This document shows, piece after piece, positions 10,133 to 18,740 of a stretch of DNA of 32,000 nt. This DNA is from Xanthomonas campestris pv. campestris str. ATCC 33913 (GTDB lineage Bacteria; Pseudomonadota; Gammaproteobacteria; Xanthomonadales; Xanthomonadaceae), in contig NC_003902.1 in NCBI RefSeq assembly GCF_000007145.1, positions 4,226,497 to 4,258,496 on the forward strand. The letters run 5' to 3'. The translations under genes were made by a program, and so were the position numbers. Numbering within the stretch: position 1 is the first letter of the stretch; every line of letters begins with the position of its first letter. The notes under the pieces are model-generated. The model was not told where the DNA came from and made no database searches. It was given only the letters and a program-made list of their open reading frames with translations.

Positions 10133-10458
10133 CAACGCGTCCGCACACCCAACAAACCAATGCGCCGGAACCACAGTTCCAACGGCACCGTCACCAGTGG
10201 CGGCAGTGCGGCCAGCAGGCTCAGCGCCCAGGCCCACCACGGCCAACGCAGACGCAGCGCGGCCAGCACGCTCACCACCACATAGAACAGAAAGGCACCG
10301 CCGTGCAGGCGGCCAAACAGCCAGACCACCGTCTCGGTGGTCTGCAGGCCATATTTGAGCCACATGCCGATCAGCAGACCGGCCCAGGTGACTCCTTCGA
10401 TCAGGGCGGCCACGGCAAACAGCCGGCCGATCGGCGACAACGCAGCAGACGAACGCAT
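10132..10458 (-). CDS. DUF3817-like integral membrane protein
   Basis: ATG 10458 is preceded by GGAG 6 nt upstream. The 108-aa product has predicted TM segments, with LFAVAALIEGVTWAGLLIGMWLKY and LFGRLHGGAFLFYVV blocks typical of DUF3817. Confidence 0.78.
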   Translation of the reverse strand: MRSSAALSPIGRLFAVAALIEGVTWAGLLIGMWLKYGLQTTETVVWLFGRLHGGAFLFYVVVSVLAALRLRWPWWAWALSLLAALPPLVTVPLELWFRRIGLLGVRTR

Positions 10459-10765
10459 GCAACACTCCAGGCGACCAAGGCAATGCCGCGACACGATGGC
10501 GACGGCGACGCCCGCTGGCCTGCGTAGTCTACAAAACACGGGCCAGGCTTGGGCTTTCGTTGTTGCGATCCAGGGCAAGCCAGGGCTTCTTGCAAGCCGC
10601 TGCGGCTGGAACCCCCGATCGACAGCGGAGCAGACGCCTCGCTGCGTGCACCACGCGGCCAACAGCCGCTGCCCTCGCCCCGGGCTGCGCCTTCCTCGGC
10701 ATACGCGCCGAGACAGGCGTTGTTGTCCATAATCGGTACGTCCTGCCACCGCCAAGCATCCACAC

Positions 10766-11392
10766 ATGCACACGTTCCGGCTGTTGTTGTCCCTGCTCCT
10801 GCTGGCCTTGCTGCCGACCTCGGCGCTGGCCCTGCGGCTGCACGATGGCGATCTGCTGTTCGTCACCGCCGCGCGCACCGGCCTGAGCGGCGCCATCGAC
10901 GATGCCACCGCCACCCAGGGCGCACCGAGCTTCGATCATGTGGGCCTGGTGGCCCATGACGGCCGCGCGCGCGTGGTGCTGCATGCCGATGAGGAAGGCT
11001 CGCGCCAGCAACCGCTTGCCGACTTCATCCGGCAGGCGCGTGCCAAACAGCGGCAGATCTTCGTGTACCGGCTCAACGCCGCGCAGCGTGCGGCGATTCC
11101 CGATGCCATCGCACAGGCGCGGCGCATGCTCGGCAAGCCCTACAACCTGACCTACGTGCAGGACGACAACAGCTATTACTGCTCGGACTTCATCGAGCGC
11201 GCCTTCCGCGCGCATCAGGTCTTCGCGCTGCAGCCGATGAACTTCAAGAACCCGCAGAGCGGGCAGATGTCTGCATATTGGACAGAGTTTTACCGCAGCA
11301 AGGGCATGGATGTGCCACAAGGCCTGCCCGGCACCAACCCCAACGATATGGCGCGCGCACCAGCGTTGCAGGCGCTTGGGCCACTGGATTGA
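10766..11392 (+). CDS. yiiX: YiiX family permuted papain-like enzyme, exported
   Basis: Signal peptide MHTFRLLLSLLLLALLPTSALA. Collinear with E. coli YiiX motifs: GDLLF, FDHVGLV (His), LGKPYNLTY and YYCSDFIERAF (Cys). Confidence 0.85.
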   Translation: MHTFRLLLSLLLLALLPTSALALRLHDGDLLFVTAARTGLSGAIDDATATQGAPSFDHVGLVAHDGRARVVLHADEEGSRQQPLADFIRQARAKQRQIFVYRLNAAQRAAIPDAIAQARRMLGKPYNLTYVQDDNSYYCSDFIERAFRAHQVFALQPMNFKNPQSGQMSAYWTEFYRSKGMDVPQGLPGTNPNDMARAPALQALGPLD

Positions 11393-11400
11393 GCTGACCG

Positions 11401-11425
11401 CAGTGCGACCGTTGCGGTCGCACTG
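11401..11425 (+). terminator. probable intrinsic terminator hairpin
   Basis: CAGTGCGACC (11401..11410) pairs with GGTCGCACTG (11416..11425) as a perfect 10-bp stem with a 5-nt loop. It starts 9 nt after the yiiX-like stop. Confidence 0.55.
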
Positions 11426-11624
11426 ATGCGGCACGCTGGGCGTCACGGTTACTTGCACACCAGGCTGCACGTCGAACGCGGTGACGTCGGGCACCAGGGA
11501 CCCGCCAGCCGTCCCAACCCGTGCTTTCCCGGTATAGTCGCGCAACTCTCGGCACTTGATGGCATCTGCGATCAGTCCAACGGCGCAGCTGCCGGGAGAT
11601 CACGACGTCACAGGGATCCGTACG

Positions 11625-12638
11625 ATGTCCACGCCGATTGCACTGCGCTGCGCCCTGGTCCTGGAGACCAACAACCTGCGCGGTGGCGACGCAGCACACA
11701 ACGCTGTGCTGGAGAGCCTGCAGCGCGCAGTGGCCGCACTGGCCGCGCAAACGGTTCCGCTCACCGCGCTGGCGCAGCTGATCGTGACCCACGACGGCCT
11801 GAGCGAAACCGCCTGCGCCGCGCTCAGCGGCATCGCCGGGCGGCCGGTGACCTTTGTCCGCATTGCGCACACCACCGGCTATTACGAGGCGAAGAACAGT
11901 GGCTTTGCCGCCACCGATCCGGCGCTGTGCGACTACGTGATCTTTGCCGATGCCGACTGCCTGCCGGCGGCGGACTGGTTGGCCGAACTGTTGCTGCCCT
12001 TCAGCACACAGCCGCAGCTGGCAGCGGTTGCCGGGCGTACCAGCTACGCCGCCACGCTGGTGGGCACCGCACTGACCACGCTGGATTTCATGTATTTCCC
12101 CAGCCCTTTGCAGCCGCAGGCCACGCGCAACTTCTATGCGAACAACGTGGTGTTCCGGCGCGAGATCTTCGCCGCGCATGCCTACCAGCCATTGGATGGC
12201 GTGTACCGCGCGCACTGCCAGGTGCTGGGGCTGCATCTGCAGGCCTGCGGCATCGCGGTGCACTACGCACCCCGTGCGCACACGGTGCACAAGCTGCCCG
12301 ACACCCGTGGCGAAGCACTGCAGCTGCGCTGGTGGCGCGGCCAGGACACGCTGGGCCTGACCCCGCACCTGGTCAAGGCGTATCTGCCGGCATCGCTGCA
12401 CTGGCTGGCGCGCAGCGGGCCGGTCGGGCCGCTGTGCGTGCTGGCATCGCGTCTGTGGTTCAGCGCGCAAGCCTTAAATATGCAGGACCTGCCGCCCGTA
12501 CGCGGGCTGCGCCGGGGCGCCGCGCTGGCACTGATCGCCGCGTTCTCCGCGGTGGACATGCTCGGCAGCCTGGCCGCCGGCTTGGGCTGGCGCCGCCGCC
12601 GCGCCGATGCGCAGGCGCTGTCTTACCACCACTCCTAG
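11625..12638 (+). CDS. family 2 (GT-A) glycosyltransferase
   Basis: ATG 11625 is preceded by AGGGA. Motifs include YYEAKNSG and a DxD-type IFADADCLP, plus a downstream hydrophobic C-terminal region. First gene of a four-gene coupled operon. Confidence 0.82.
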   Translation: MSTPIALRCALVLETNNLRGGDAAHNAVLESLQRAVAALAAQTVPLTALAQLIVTHDGLSETACAALSGIAGRPVTFVRIAHTTGYYEAKNSGFAATDPALCDYVIFADADCLPAADWLAELLLPFSTQPQLAAVAGRTSYAATLVGTALTTLDFMYFPSPLQPQATRNFYANNVVFRREIFAAHAYQPLDGVYRAHCQVLGLHLQACGIAVHYAPRAHTVHKLPDTRGEALQLRWWRGQDTLGLTPHLVKAYLPASLHWLARSGPVGPLCVLASRLWFSAQALNMQDLPPVRGLRRGAALALIAAFSAVDMLGSLAAGLGWRRRRADAQALSYHHS

Positions 12639-12640
12639 CG

Positions 12641-13384
12641 GTGAGCAGCGCGCTGCCAGCTGACCCCGGCACCGCTGGCGGCGTGCCGCTCCTGGCGCTG
12701 CAGCCACCGCCCCTGCGTGGCTGGGCGCGCACCCAGGCGTGGCTGGTCGATCGGATCAAGGCGGCCGCATTACGTCAGCTGCATGCCAGCGTCGCCGGCG
12801 AGTGCCTGCTGCTGCGGATGTATCTGGTTGGCGAAGAAGCCACCGAGCTGGCCTTGCAGCGCGAGGTGCCGGTGCAGCGGCCTGCGTGGCTGGTGCCGCT
12901 GATGGACCAGCATCTGCAGGAAGAGCAATGGCATGCACAGGCGTTCGCCGCCGCGCTGGCCGCACGCGGTGCCGCACGGCCCTCCGCGCAGCCCGATGCC
13001 CTGAGCCGGCGCAAGATTGCGCAGTGGCATCGGCTGGCAACACATCATGCGGGTGAGTTCCGGCAGGGCCTGCTGGTGCCTGCGTTTGCGATCGGGCTGT
13101 GTGCCGAACAGATGGCGTCGCGCGTCTTGCAGCGACACTGCGGCGTGTTGCCTGCCGGCCACGCACTGCAGCCGCTGCTCACGCGCGTGCTCGGCGATGA
13201 GCAACGCCACGTGCAACAGTGCCAGAGGATCCTGCAGCGGCTGGTACCTGCAGATGAGCAGGCAGCGCTGCAGGCACTGCTGGCGAAGGTGCGGCGGATC
13301 GACCGTGCATTCGGCATCAGTGGTGCGTTCGGCATGTATGCCGCCGGTGCGGTGCTGCGTGTACGGGCTTACCTGTGGCGGTGA
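12641..13384 (+). CDS. ferritin-like di-iron carboxylate protein (putative oxygenase)
   Basis: This is the 3' third of the artefactual 652-aa ORF 11426..13384. GTG 12641 lies 2 nt after the GT2 stop. It has a duplicated E...ExxH ligand pattern: GEEATE...LQEEQWH and CAEQMA...GDEQRH. The start codon is uncertain. Confidence 0.68.
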   Translation: MSSALPADPGTAGGVPLLALQPPPLRGWARTQAWLVDRIKAAALRQLHASVAGECLLLRMYLVGEEATELALQREVPVQRPAWLVPLMDQHLQEEQWHAQAFAAALAARGAARPSAQPDALSRRKIAQWHRLATHHAGEFRQGLLVPAFAIGLCAEQMASRVLQRHCGVLPAGHALQPLLTRVLGDEQRHVQQCQRILQRLVPADEQAALQALLAKVRRIDRAFGISGAFGMYAAGAVLRVRAYLWR

Positions 13385-14529
13385 AGCGCCCGCGCCTGCT
13401 GTACCTGGCCACCGCCGACGCACGCGGCCACCTGATGCGCGCACAGCTGCTGACGCATGCGTTGCAGGCGCAGGGCGCCGCGGTCGAGGTCATCACCACC
13501 TCGGCAGCCGGCGCACGGTTTCTCCACACCTTTGACATCCAGGCGAGCGTGTTGTCGCCGCATTACGCCGTGCAGTTCGATGCGCGCCAGAACATGCGCG
13601 CGGCCGCCACCGATGCCAACGTCGCCGCCTATTTGCTGCATCCGGCGCGGCTGCTGCGCGATGTCCTGCAACTGCAGCGACGCCTGCGTGAGGTCGACCT
13701 GGTCCTCAACGATTCCTTCCATCCGGCGCTGCTGGTGATGGGCATGCTGCCGGTCTGGCGGCACAAGATCGTGCACATCTATGGCGGCAGCTTGCGCGCC
13801 GCACTGCAGGGCAATTTCGAAGGCCGGCTGCCGCGCGTGCTGGCTGCGCTGTTCTCAGGCGCCATCGGCTGGCAGATCGACCGCGCCGCCGCGCAACTGG
13901 AGCACGACTTCGCGCAAAGCCAACCGCAGGCCAGCGGACGACGCGTGCGGCTGCCAACGCCGGTAGCGATTGCATCCCCATCTGCCACCCCCACGGCGCC
14001 AATGGCCGCGGTCTATCTCAACCCGCACTTCCGCGATCCCGCGCTCGCGCAGGCACTGGAGCTAGGACTGAGACGCGCGGGATTGGGCAGCCTGTGTGTC
14101 GGCGAAGGCTATGCGCAGCGCCCCGGCTGGCAGGCCGACCACCCACAGTGGATCGACCACGCCGCAACCAGCACGCTGCTGATCTCGGCGCCCGGCATGG
14201 CCGCGCTATCGATTGCGCTGGTGTACCGGCGGCCCATCCTGCTGATCGTCACCGGGCAGCCGGAGCAGCAACGCAATGCCGCGCATGCCGCAACCTGCGG
14301 CCTGGCGCATCAAATCGTTGCGTGGACGGGCGATGCAGACGCCTTTGCGCATGCCATCCACCACGCCTGCGACGCGTTGCGCGCAACCCCGCCCGCCGCC
14401 GGGCACGACGCGTCCACGCTGGACGCGCCACAGCGCCTGCAGCTGTGGGTCAGCCTGATCCTGGCCTTGGCACGCGGCGCACCTGCACAGGCATGGGTGG
14501 AACTCACAGCCACCGGACAGCACGCATGA
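13375..14529 (+). CDS. GT-B fold glycosyltransferase (MurG/GT1-like, Glyco_trans_1_3-like)
   Basis: The N-terminus RLLYLATADARGHLMRAQLL matches the G-H-x-x-R motif. The C-terminal ISAPGMAALSIALVYRRPILLIV..PEQQRNA matches the EQxxNA motif. GTG 13381 overlaps the upstream TGA (GTGA); GTG 13375 is the alternative start. Confidence 0.75.
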   Translation: MAVKRPRLLYLATADARGHLMRAQLLTHALQAQGAAVEVITTSAAGARFLHTFDIQASVLSPHYAVQFDARQNMRAAATDANVAAYLLHPARLLRDVLQLQRRLREVDLVLNDSFHPALLVMGMLPVWRHKIVHIYGGSLRAALQGNFEGRLPRVLAALFSGAIGWQIDRAAAQLEHDFAQSQPQASGRRVRLPTPVAIASPSATPTAPMAAVYLNPHFRDPALAQALELGLRRAGLGSLCVGEGYAQRPGWQADHPQWIDHAATSTLLISAPGMAALSIALVYRRPILLIVTGQPEQQRNAAHAATCGLAHQIVAWTGDADAFAHAIHHACDALRATPPAAGHDASTLDAPQRLQLWVSLILALARGAPAQAWVELTATGQHA

Positions 14530-15452
14530 GCGCCACGGTGCCGATAGCGCTTGCCCGCCTGCAGCCCTGGCGCAGCGGCATGGCACTGGCCGCCGACTGG
14601 GCCGTGATCGCGCTGTGCTTTGGCGCCGCCATGCTGTATCCACATCCGGCAGTGTATGCGTTGGCGATTGTGGTGATTGCCCGCACCCAGCTTGCGCTCG
14701 CGGTGATGATGCACGAGGGCGCGCACCGCCTGCTGGCGCATCGCCAGTCACGTAATGACGTGGTGGCGCAGGCGCTGGCCGCCGGCCCGCTGTTCCTGTC
14801 GCTGTTCGCCTACCGGCAAGGGCATTTGCAGCATCACCGCGCACCGATGTCGCCGGATGATCCAGTGGCCATCATGTTCGGCATTGCCGACTACCCTGTC
14901 TCGCGCCGCGAGCTGGCGCTGCGATTGCTCCGCGATGTCACCGGCATCGGCTACGTACTCGCCATCCGTGGTGCGCTACGCAGGCGCCGTACACAACCAG
15001 CCAGTGCGCACACCCGTACCGTGCCGCAGCGCGCGGGGCTGGTTGCCGGCACGATCCTGCTCAGCAACGGGCTGCTGTTCGGGGCTCTCGCCGCATTTGG
15101 CCACCCGCTGCTGTACCTGGGCCTATGGCTGCTGCCGGCGCTGACGCTGCTGCAGCTGTTCGCCCGCATCCGTGCCATCACCGAGCATGCCGGCTACGCC
15201 GCGTGCGAGGACCAGCGCCACAGCGCGCGCACCATCGTCGCGCGCAGCTGGCAAACCTTTTTCTGCGGCCCGCATGGCATCCACTACCACATCGAACACC
15301 ACCAGCATGTGCGCGTGCCGTTCTACCAACTGCCGGCCTTGCATCGCTGGATGCACGCGCAAAACCAGCTGCCCGCTGCAAATCTCTACCATGGCTACGG
15401 CGCCGTGCTCAGGGACGTGAGCCGGGGTGCGCGTAGTGACGATCAGCGTTGA
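14526..15452 (+). CDS. membrane fatty-acid desaturase/hydroxylase family protein
   Basis: ATG 14526 overlaps the upstream stop (ATGA). It has three His boxes (HEGAH, HLQHH, HIEHH) and several hydrophobic segments. The 5' part of ORF 14094..15452 is an out-of-frame overlap with the GT-B gene. Confidence 0.9.
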   Translation: MSATVPIALARLQPWRSGMALAADWAVIALCFGAAMLYPHPAVYALAIVVIARTQLALAVMMHEGAHRLLAHRQSRNDVVAQALAAGPLFLSLFAYRQGHLQHHRAPMSPDDPVAIMFGIADYPVSRRELALRLLRDVTGIGYVLAIRGALRRRRTQPASAHTRTVPQRAGLVAGTILLSNGLLFGALAAFGHPLLYLGLWLLPALTLLQLFARIRAITEHAGYAACEDQRHSARTIVARSWQTFFCGPHGIHYHIEHHQHVRVPFYQLPALHRWMHAQNQLPAANLYHGYGAVLRDVSRGARSDDQR

Positions 15453-15560
15453 CGCTGCAGCCTCCTCAACGCGCTGCGCTGGCGATCCCATCATGATCTG
15501 CACGCATGCAATCACCACTCCATGTCCGCACGACGGACCACACGCAACGTCAGGCTGGGA

Positions 15561-16541
15561 ATGTCTTTGAATCGAATCGGATTGATCGGGTTGGTCGTGC
15601 TGTTGCTGAGTGCGTGCGACAACACCGCCAAGGCGCCGCCCGCCGCAACAGCACCTGCAGTCACCAGTCAGGCGATTGCAGCGCCGGCACAGGCTACGCC
15701 GCTGGGCGGGCAACGTGGCGGCGGCAAGCCCTATGAATTGGTCGACAGCGAGGTCTGGGACGTGCCCGACCCGGCAACGGGTCGCACGTATCAGGTCTTC
15801 GTCGCCCTGCCACGTGGCTATGCAGACAATCCGCAACGCCGTTACCCGGTGCTGTACGCCACCGATGGCGACTATGCGTTCCCCCTGGTCAAGCAGATCG
15901 CGCGACGCTTGAATGGCGAAGGCCCGGCCGTCGAGGACTTCATCCTGGTCGGCCTGTCCTACGCCGTCGGCGACGAGCCCATGCCCAGCCGGCGGCGCGA
16001 TTACACGCCCACACCGGAAGATGGCCCAGACGCGGCGCCGGTTGCGACCCATGGTAAGAGCGCGGACTACATCCGCTACCTGCGCGATCGCGTGTTGCCG
16101 TTCGTTGCTAGGCGCTACCGAACCGACGAGCAGCGGCGTCTATATCTCGGGCATTCGTACGGTGGCCTGCTGGGCACGCAGATCCTGTTGAGCACACCGG
16201 ACATGTTTGCCGGCTACATCCTGGGCAGCCCATCGTATTGGTATGGCGAGCACGCGATGGTGGCGCAGGAAAAAACCTTTGCCGCCTCGCATACAGACCT
16301 GCCGGCGCTCGTCTATCTATACGTTGGCGAGTACGAGCAAGTGCGCTACCACCAGAATCACGACATGGTCGTCGACACACAGAACATGGCGCAGGCATTG
16401 CGCGCGCGGCACTATCCGTCGTTGCATCTCACGCTGGACGTTCTCAATGACGAGGACCACCTGACCATCGGGCCACGCGGCACCACCCACGGCTTGAAGG
16501 TCTTGCTCGGGATCAAGACGGCTGATCGGAGCGAGCGGTGA
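15561..16541 (+). CDS. alpha/beta-hydrolase esterase (putative-esterase/IroE-like family) lipoprotein
   Basis: ATG 15561 gives MSLNRIGLIGLVVLLLSAC-DN, a lipobox. Motifs include YPVLYATDGDYAF and the nucleophile elbow YLGHSYGGLLG. Confidence 0.85.
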   Translation: MSLNRIGLIGLVVLLLSACDNTAKAPPAATAPAVTSQAIAAPAQATPLGGQRGGGKPYELVDSEVWDVPDPATGRTYQVFVALPRGYADNPQRRYPVLYATDGDYAFPLVKQIARRLNGEGPAVEDFILVGLSYAVGDEPMPSRRRDYTPTPEDGPDAAPVATHGKSADYIRYLRDRVLPFVARRYRTDEQRRLYLGHSYGGLLGTQILLSTPDMFAGYILGSPSYWYGEHAMVAQEKTFAASHTDLPALVYLYVGEYEQVRYHQNHDMVVDTQNMAQALRARHYPSLHLTLDVLNDEDHLTIGPRGTTHGLKVLLGIKTADRSER

Positions 16542-17893
16542 CACATCGGGGACTCACTGCATACAAGGTCCTGCTTGCACTGTTGGCACTGCTGGCACTT
16601 GCACCGACTTCGCTGATGGCCGCAGCACCGACACTGCCAGGCGCGGGGTTCGAGGTCGAGGGCTATCAGCTGCAACTGCGCCCGGACCTCAGCACCACCG
16701 CGCTTTCCGGCGTGCAGCGCATTCGCCTACGCAGCACCTCCGACCACCTCACCCAGCTGACGTTCTCGCCTAATGCACTGCAGATCCTCTCGGCCGAACT
16801 AAATGGTCAGCCGATCGCAGTGACCAGCACCACCGATGGCATCACGTTTGCGTTGCCAAGCGCGCTTGCCAAAGGCGCCCGCGCGTCGCTCGCCTTCAAG
16901 ATCGTCGGCGTGCCGGCCCAGGGTGTTGTTCGCGCGGCCAGTGGCTTCTACACCAGCTACTTCGCGTGCGACTGGATGGTCTGCCTGCAGGACAGCCCCG
17001 GCCAAAAAGCGTCTTTCGCTTTGGATCTGTTCGTGCCTGCCGGCATCGATACGTTGAGCATCGGCGCAGGCTTGCCCCAGAAGGTGCTTCCGAACGGCCT
17101 GGTGCTGCACCGCTGGCGCGCTACCAGGCCGTATTCGGCCTATCTGTTCGGCTTTGCGGTTGGCACCTTCTCGCAGCAGTCATCCAAAACCACGGCCGGG
17201 ACGTTCGTCTATCTCGATGGCACAGGTCGAGGTGCGGACCTGGCAGACGCATTCCAGCAGACACCCTCCATTGCGGCATTTTTTGCGCAGGCGGCAGGCG
17301 TATCGCTCCCGGATGGTCGTTACACCCAGCTGCTTGTGCCCGGACAGGAGGCGCAGGAGGCGGCCACCTTCTCGCTCATTGGCGTGCAAGCACTGCAAGA
17401 CGAGCAGGAAGACCCCGCTTCGTCATGGATCATCGCGCATGAAATGGCGCATCAGTGGTGGGGAAACCTTGTCACCTGCGCATCGTGGCAAGACTTCTGG
17501 TTGAACGAGGGCATCACCACGTTCATGGTCGCCGCCTGGAAGCAACACGCCTTCGGCGAGGCGGCCTACCAGCAGGAGTTGAATGAAGCACGCCGCCGGC
17601 TTGCCATCGCCCGTGACGCCGGCTTCGACAAACCGCTGGCCTGGTCAGGTGAGTACCCCTCGTTACGTGTCCGCCGCGCCGTGCAGTACAGCAAAGGCGC
17701 GCTGTTCATGGCGCACTTGCGGCAGACGCTGGGTGAGCAGGCGTTTTGGGCGGGTATGCGCCGTTACACCCGCAAGAACGTGGGCAGCACCGTCGTCAGT
17801 CAGGACCTTCAGGGAGCAATGGAGCACGCCAGCGGGCGCGATCTTTCAGCACTGTTCGCGCAGTGGGTGTATGGCGACGAAGCGACTAACTGA
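16538..17893 (+). CDS. M1 family zinc metallopeptidase, exported, short form
   Basis: GTG 16538 overlaps the esterase stop (GTGA). It has a signal peptide, then HEMAHQWWGN followed by WLNEG (HExxH-x18-E). There is no canonical GAMEN; the sequence at that position is PGQEAQEAATF. Confidence 0.9.
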   Translation: MTHRGLTAYKVLLALLALLALAPTSLMAAAPTLPGAGFEVEGYQLQLRPDLSTTALSGVQRIRLRSTSDHLTQLTFSPNALQILSAELNGQPIAVTSTTDGITFALPSALAKGARASLAFKIVGVPAQGVVRAASGFYTSYFACDWMVCLQDSPGQKASFALDLFVPAGIDTLSIGAGLPQKVLPNGLVLHRWRATRPYSAYLFGFAVGTFSQQSSKTTAGTFVYLDGTGRGADLADAFQQTPSIAAFFAQAAGVSLPDGRYTQLLVPGQEAQEAATFSLIGVQALQDEQEDPASSWIIAHEMAHQWWGNLVTCASWQDFWLNEGITTFMVAAWKQHAFGEAAYQQELNEARRRLAIARDAGFDKPLAWSGEYPSLRVRRAVQYSKGALFMAHLRQTLGEQAFWAGMRRYTRKNVGSTVVSQDLQGAMEHASGRDLSALFAQWVYGDEATN

Positions 17894-18230
17894 CCCCGGC
17901 AAGCCAAAACCATCAAGACCACATGCTCCGCAGCATGGCCATGCGCGGAACAGCGTAGCGCTGCTGCGTAAGAGTGCGTCTTGATCGTTGCATCGCTGCT
18001 GACCCACTTGGTGCGGCGGCGCCAGCGTATGATGCGCGCGCCAACCCTCTCCGCAGCCGGCAGTCCAAAACCGATCAGCGCATCCATCGACACGCCCCAC
18101 ATTGGTTCGCGCGATCCCGCAATGTCATGCAGCGGCAGCGCCGAAGCCTTACCCGACCCGCCGCTAGCGCTGGCAGATGCCAATACTTCTGGCACAGGCG
18201 CAATTACAACAGCGCTTATACATTTCGGTC

Positions 18231-18716
18231 ATGACCCCACCTGCACCTACCCTTGGCACCCTGGTCCGGCAACTCATCGAGCGGCTCGATGGTGATCTGG
18301 AAGGTGTCTACGCGGCTGCGGGGCTAACCTGGCGGCCACGCTATACCCCCGTGTTACGCGCCCTGCTGCGTGTGGGCCCGGTTCCCATCAAGGTGCTCGC
18401 GCAGGAGATCGGCATCAGCCATTCGGCCGCCAGCCAGACGGTGGCGCAGATGACCACGCACCGTCTTATTGCCTTGAAACCAGGCACGGATGCGCGCGAA
18501 CGCATCGTCGTGCTGACGCCCAAGGCGAAAAAGATGATTCCCGCGCTGGAGCGGCAATGGGCCGCGACCAATGCCGCCGCCGCGCAGCTCGATGCAGAGT
18601 TGTCCGTCCCGCTGTCCCGCATTCTCAGTGAGGCCATCGACGCGCTGAACCAGCGTGCGTTTTCCACCCGGATTGCAGACGCATCCAACGCGTCATCCCG
18701 CTCCACCACCCGCTAG
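18231..18716 (+). CDS. MarR family transcriptional regulator
   Basis: ATG 18231. The winged-HTH region is PIKVLAQEIGISHSAASQTVAQMTTHRLIALKPGTDARERIVVLT. Confidence 0.9.
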   Translation: MTPPAPTLGTLVRQLIERLDGDLEGVYAAAGLTWRPRYTPVLRALLRVGPVPIKVLAQEIGISHSAASQTVAQMTTHRLIALKPGTDARERIVVLTPKAKKMIPALERQWAATNAAAAQLDAELSVPLSRILSEAIDALNQRAFSTRIADASNASSRSTTR

Positions 18717-18740
18717 CAACCACACCACATGGAGTCGTAC

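Noticed and set aside
11426-12640. The 5' two-thirds of the 652-aa ORF 11426..13384, which would make one giant protein overlapping the GT2 gene.
   Set aside because: This part is an out-of-frame shadow of the GT2 gene with an Arg/Pro/Ala-rich translation. Only the portion after the GT2 stop (from GTG 12641) shows the di-iron ligand pattern and sensible composition.
14094-14525. N-terminal extension of the desaturase ORF 14094..15452. Analogous extensions occur at 7161..7550 (S9 peptidase), 5777..5926 (GGDEF), 524..826 (lipoprotein), 6206..6298 (DUF1615), 22036..22158 (yqjG-like) and 23461..23709 (hypothetical membrane protein).
   Set aside because: The extensions are low-complexity and lack signal peptides. 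They overlap upstream genes or promoters. Internal starts give proper signal peptides, Shine-Dalgarno sequences or start/stop coupling.
17894-18230. Short hairpin CATGCT-ccgc-AGCATG (17922..17937) and small ORFs (17981..18295 and 17974..18234) between the M1 peptidase and the MarR gene.
   Set aside because: The 6-bp stem is weak and has no T-run. The ORFs overlap the MarR start region and look like composition artefacts. There is not enough evidence to call a terminator or a gene.
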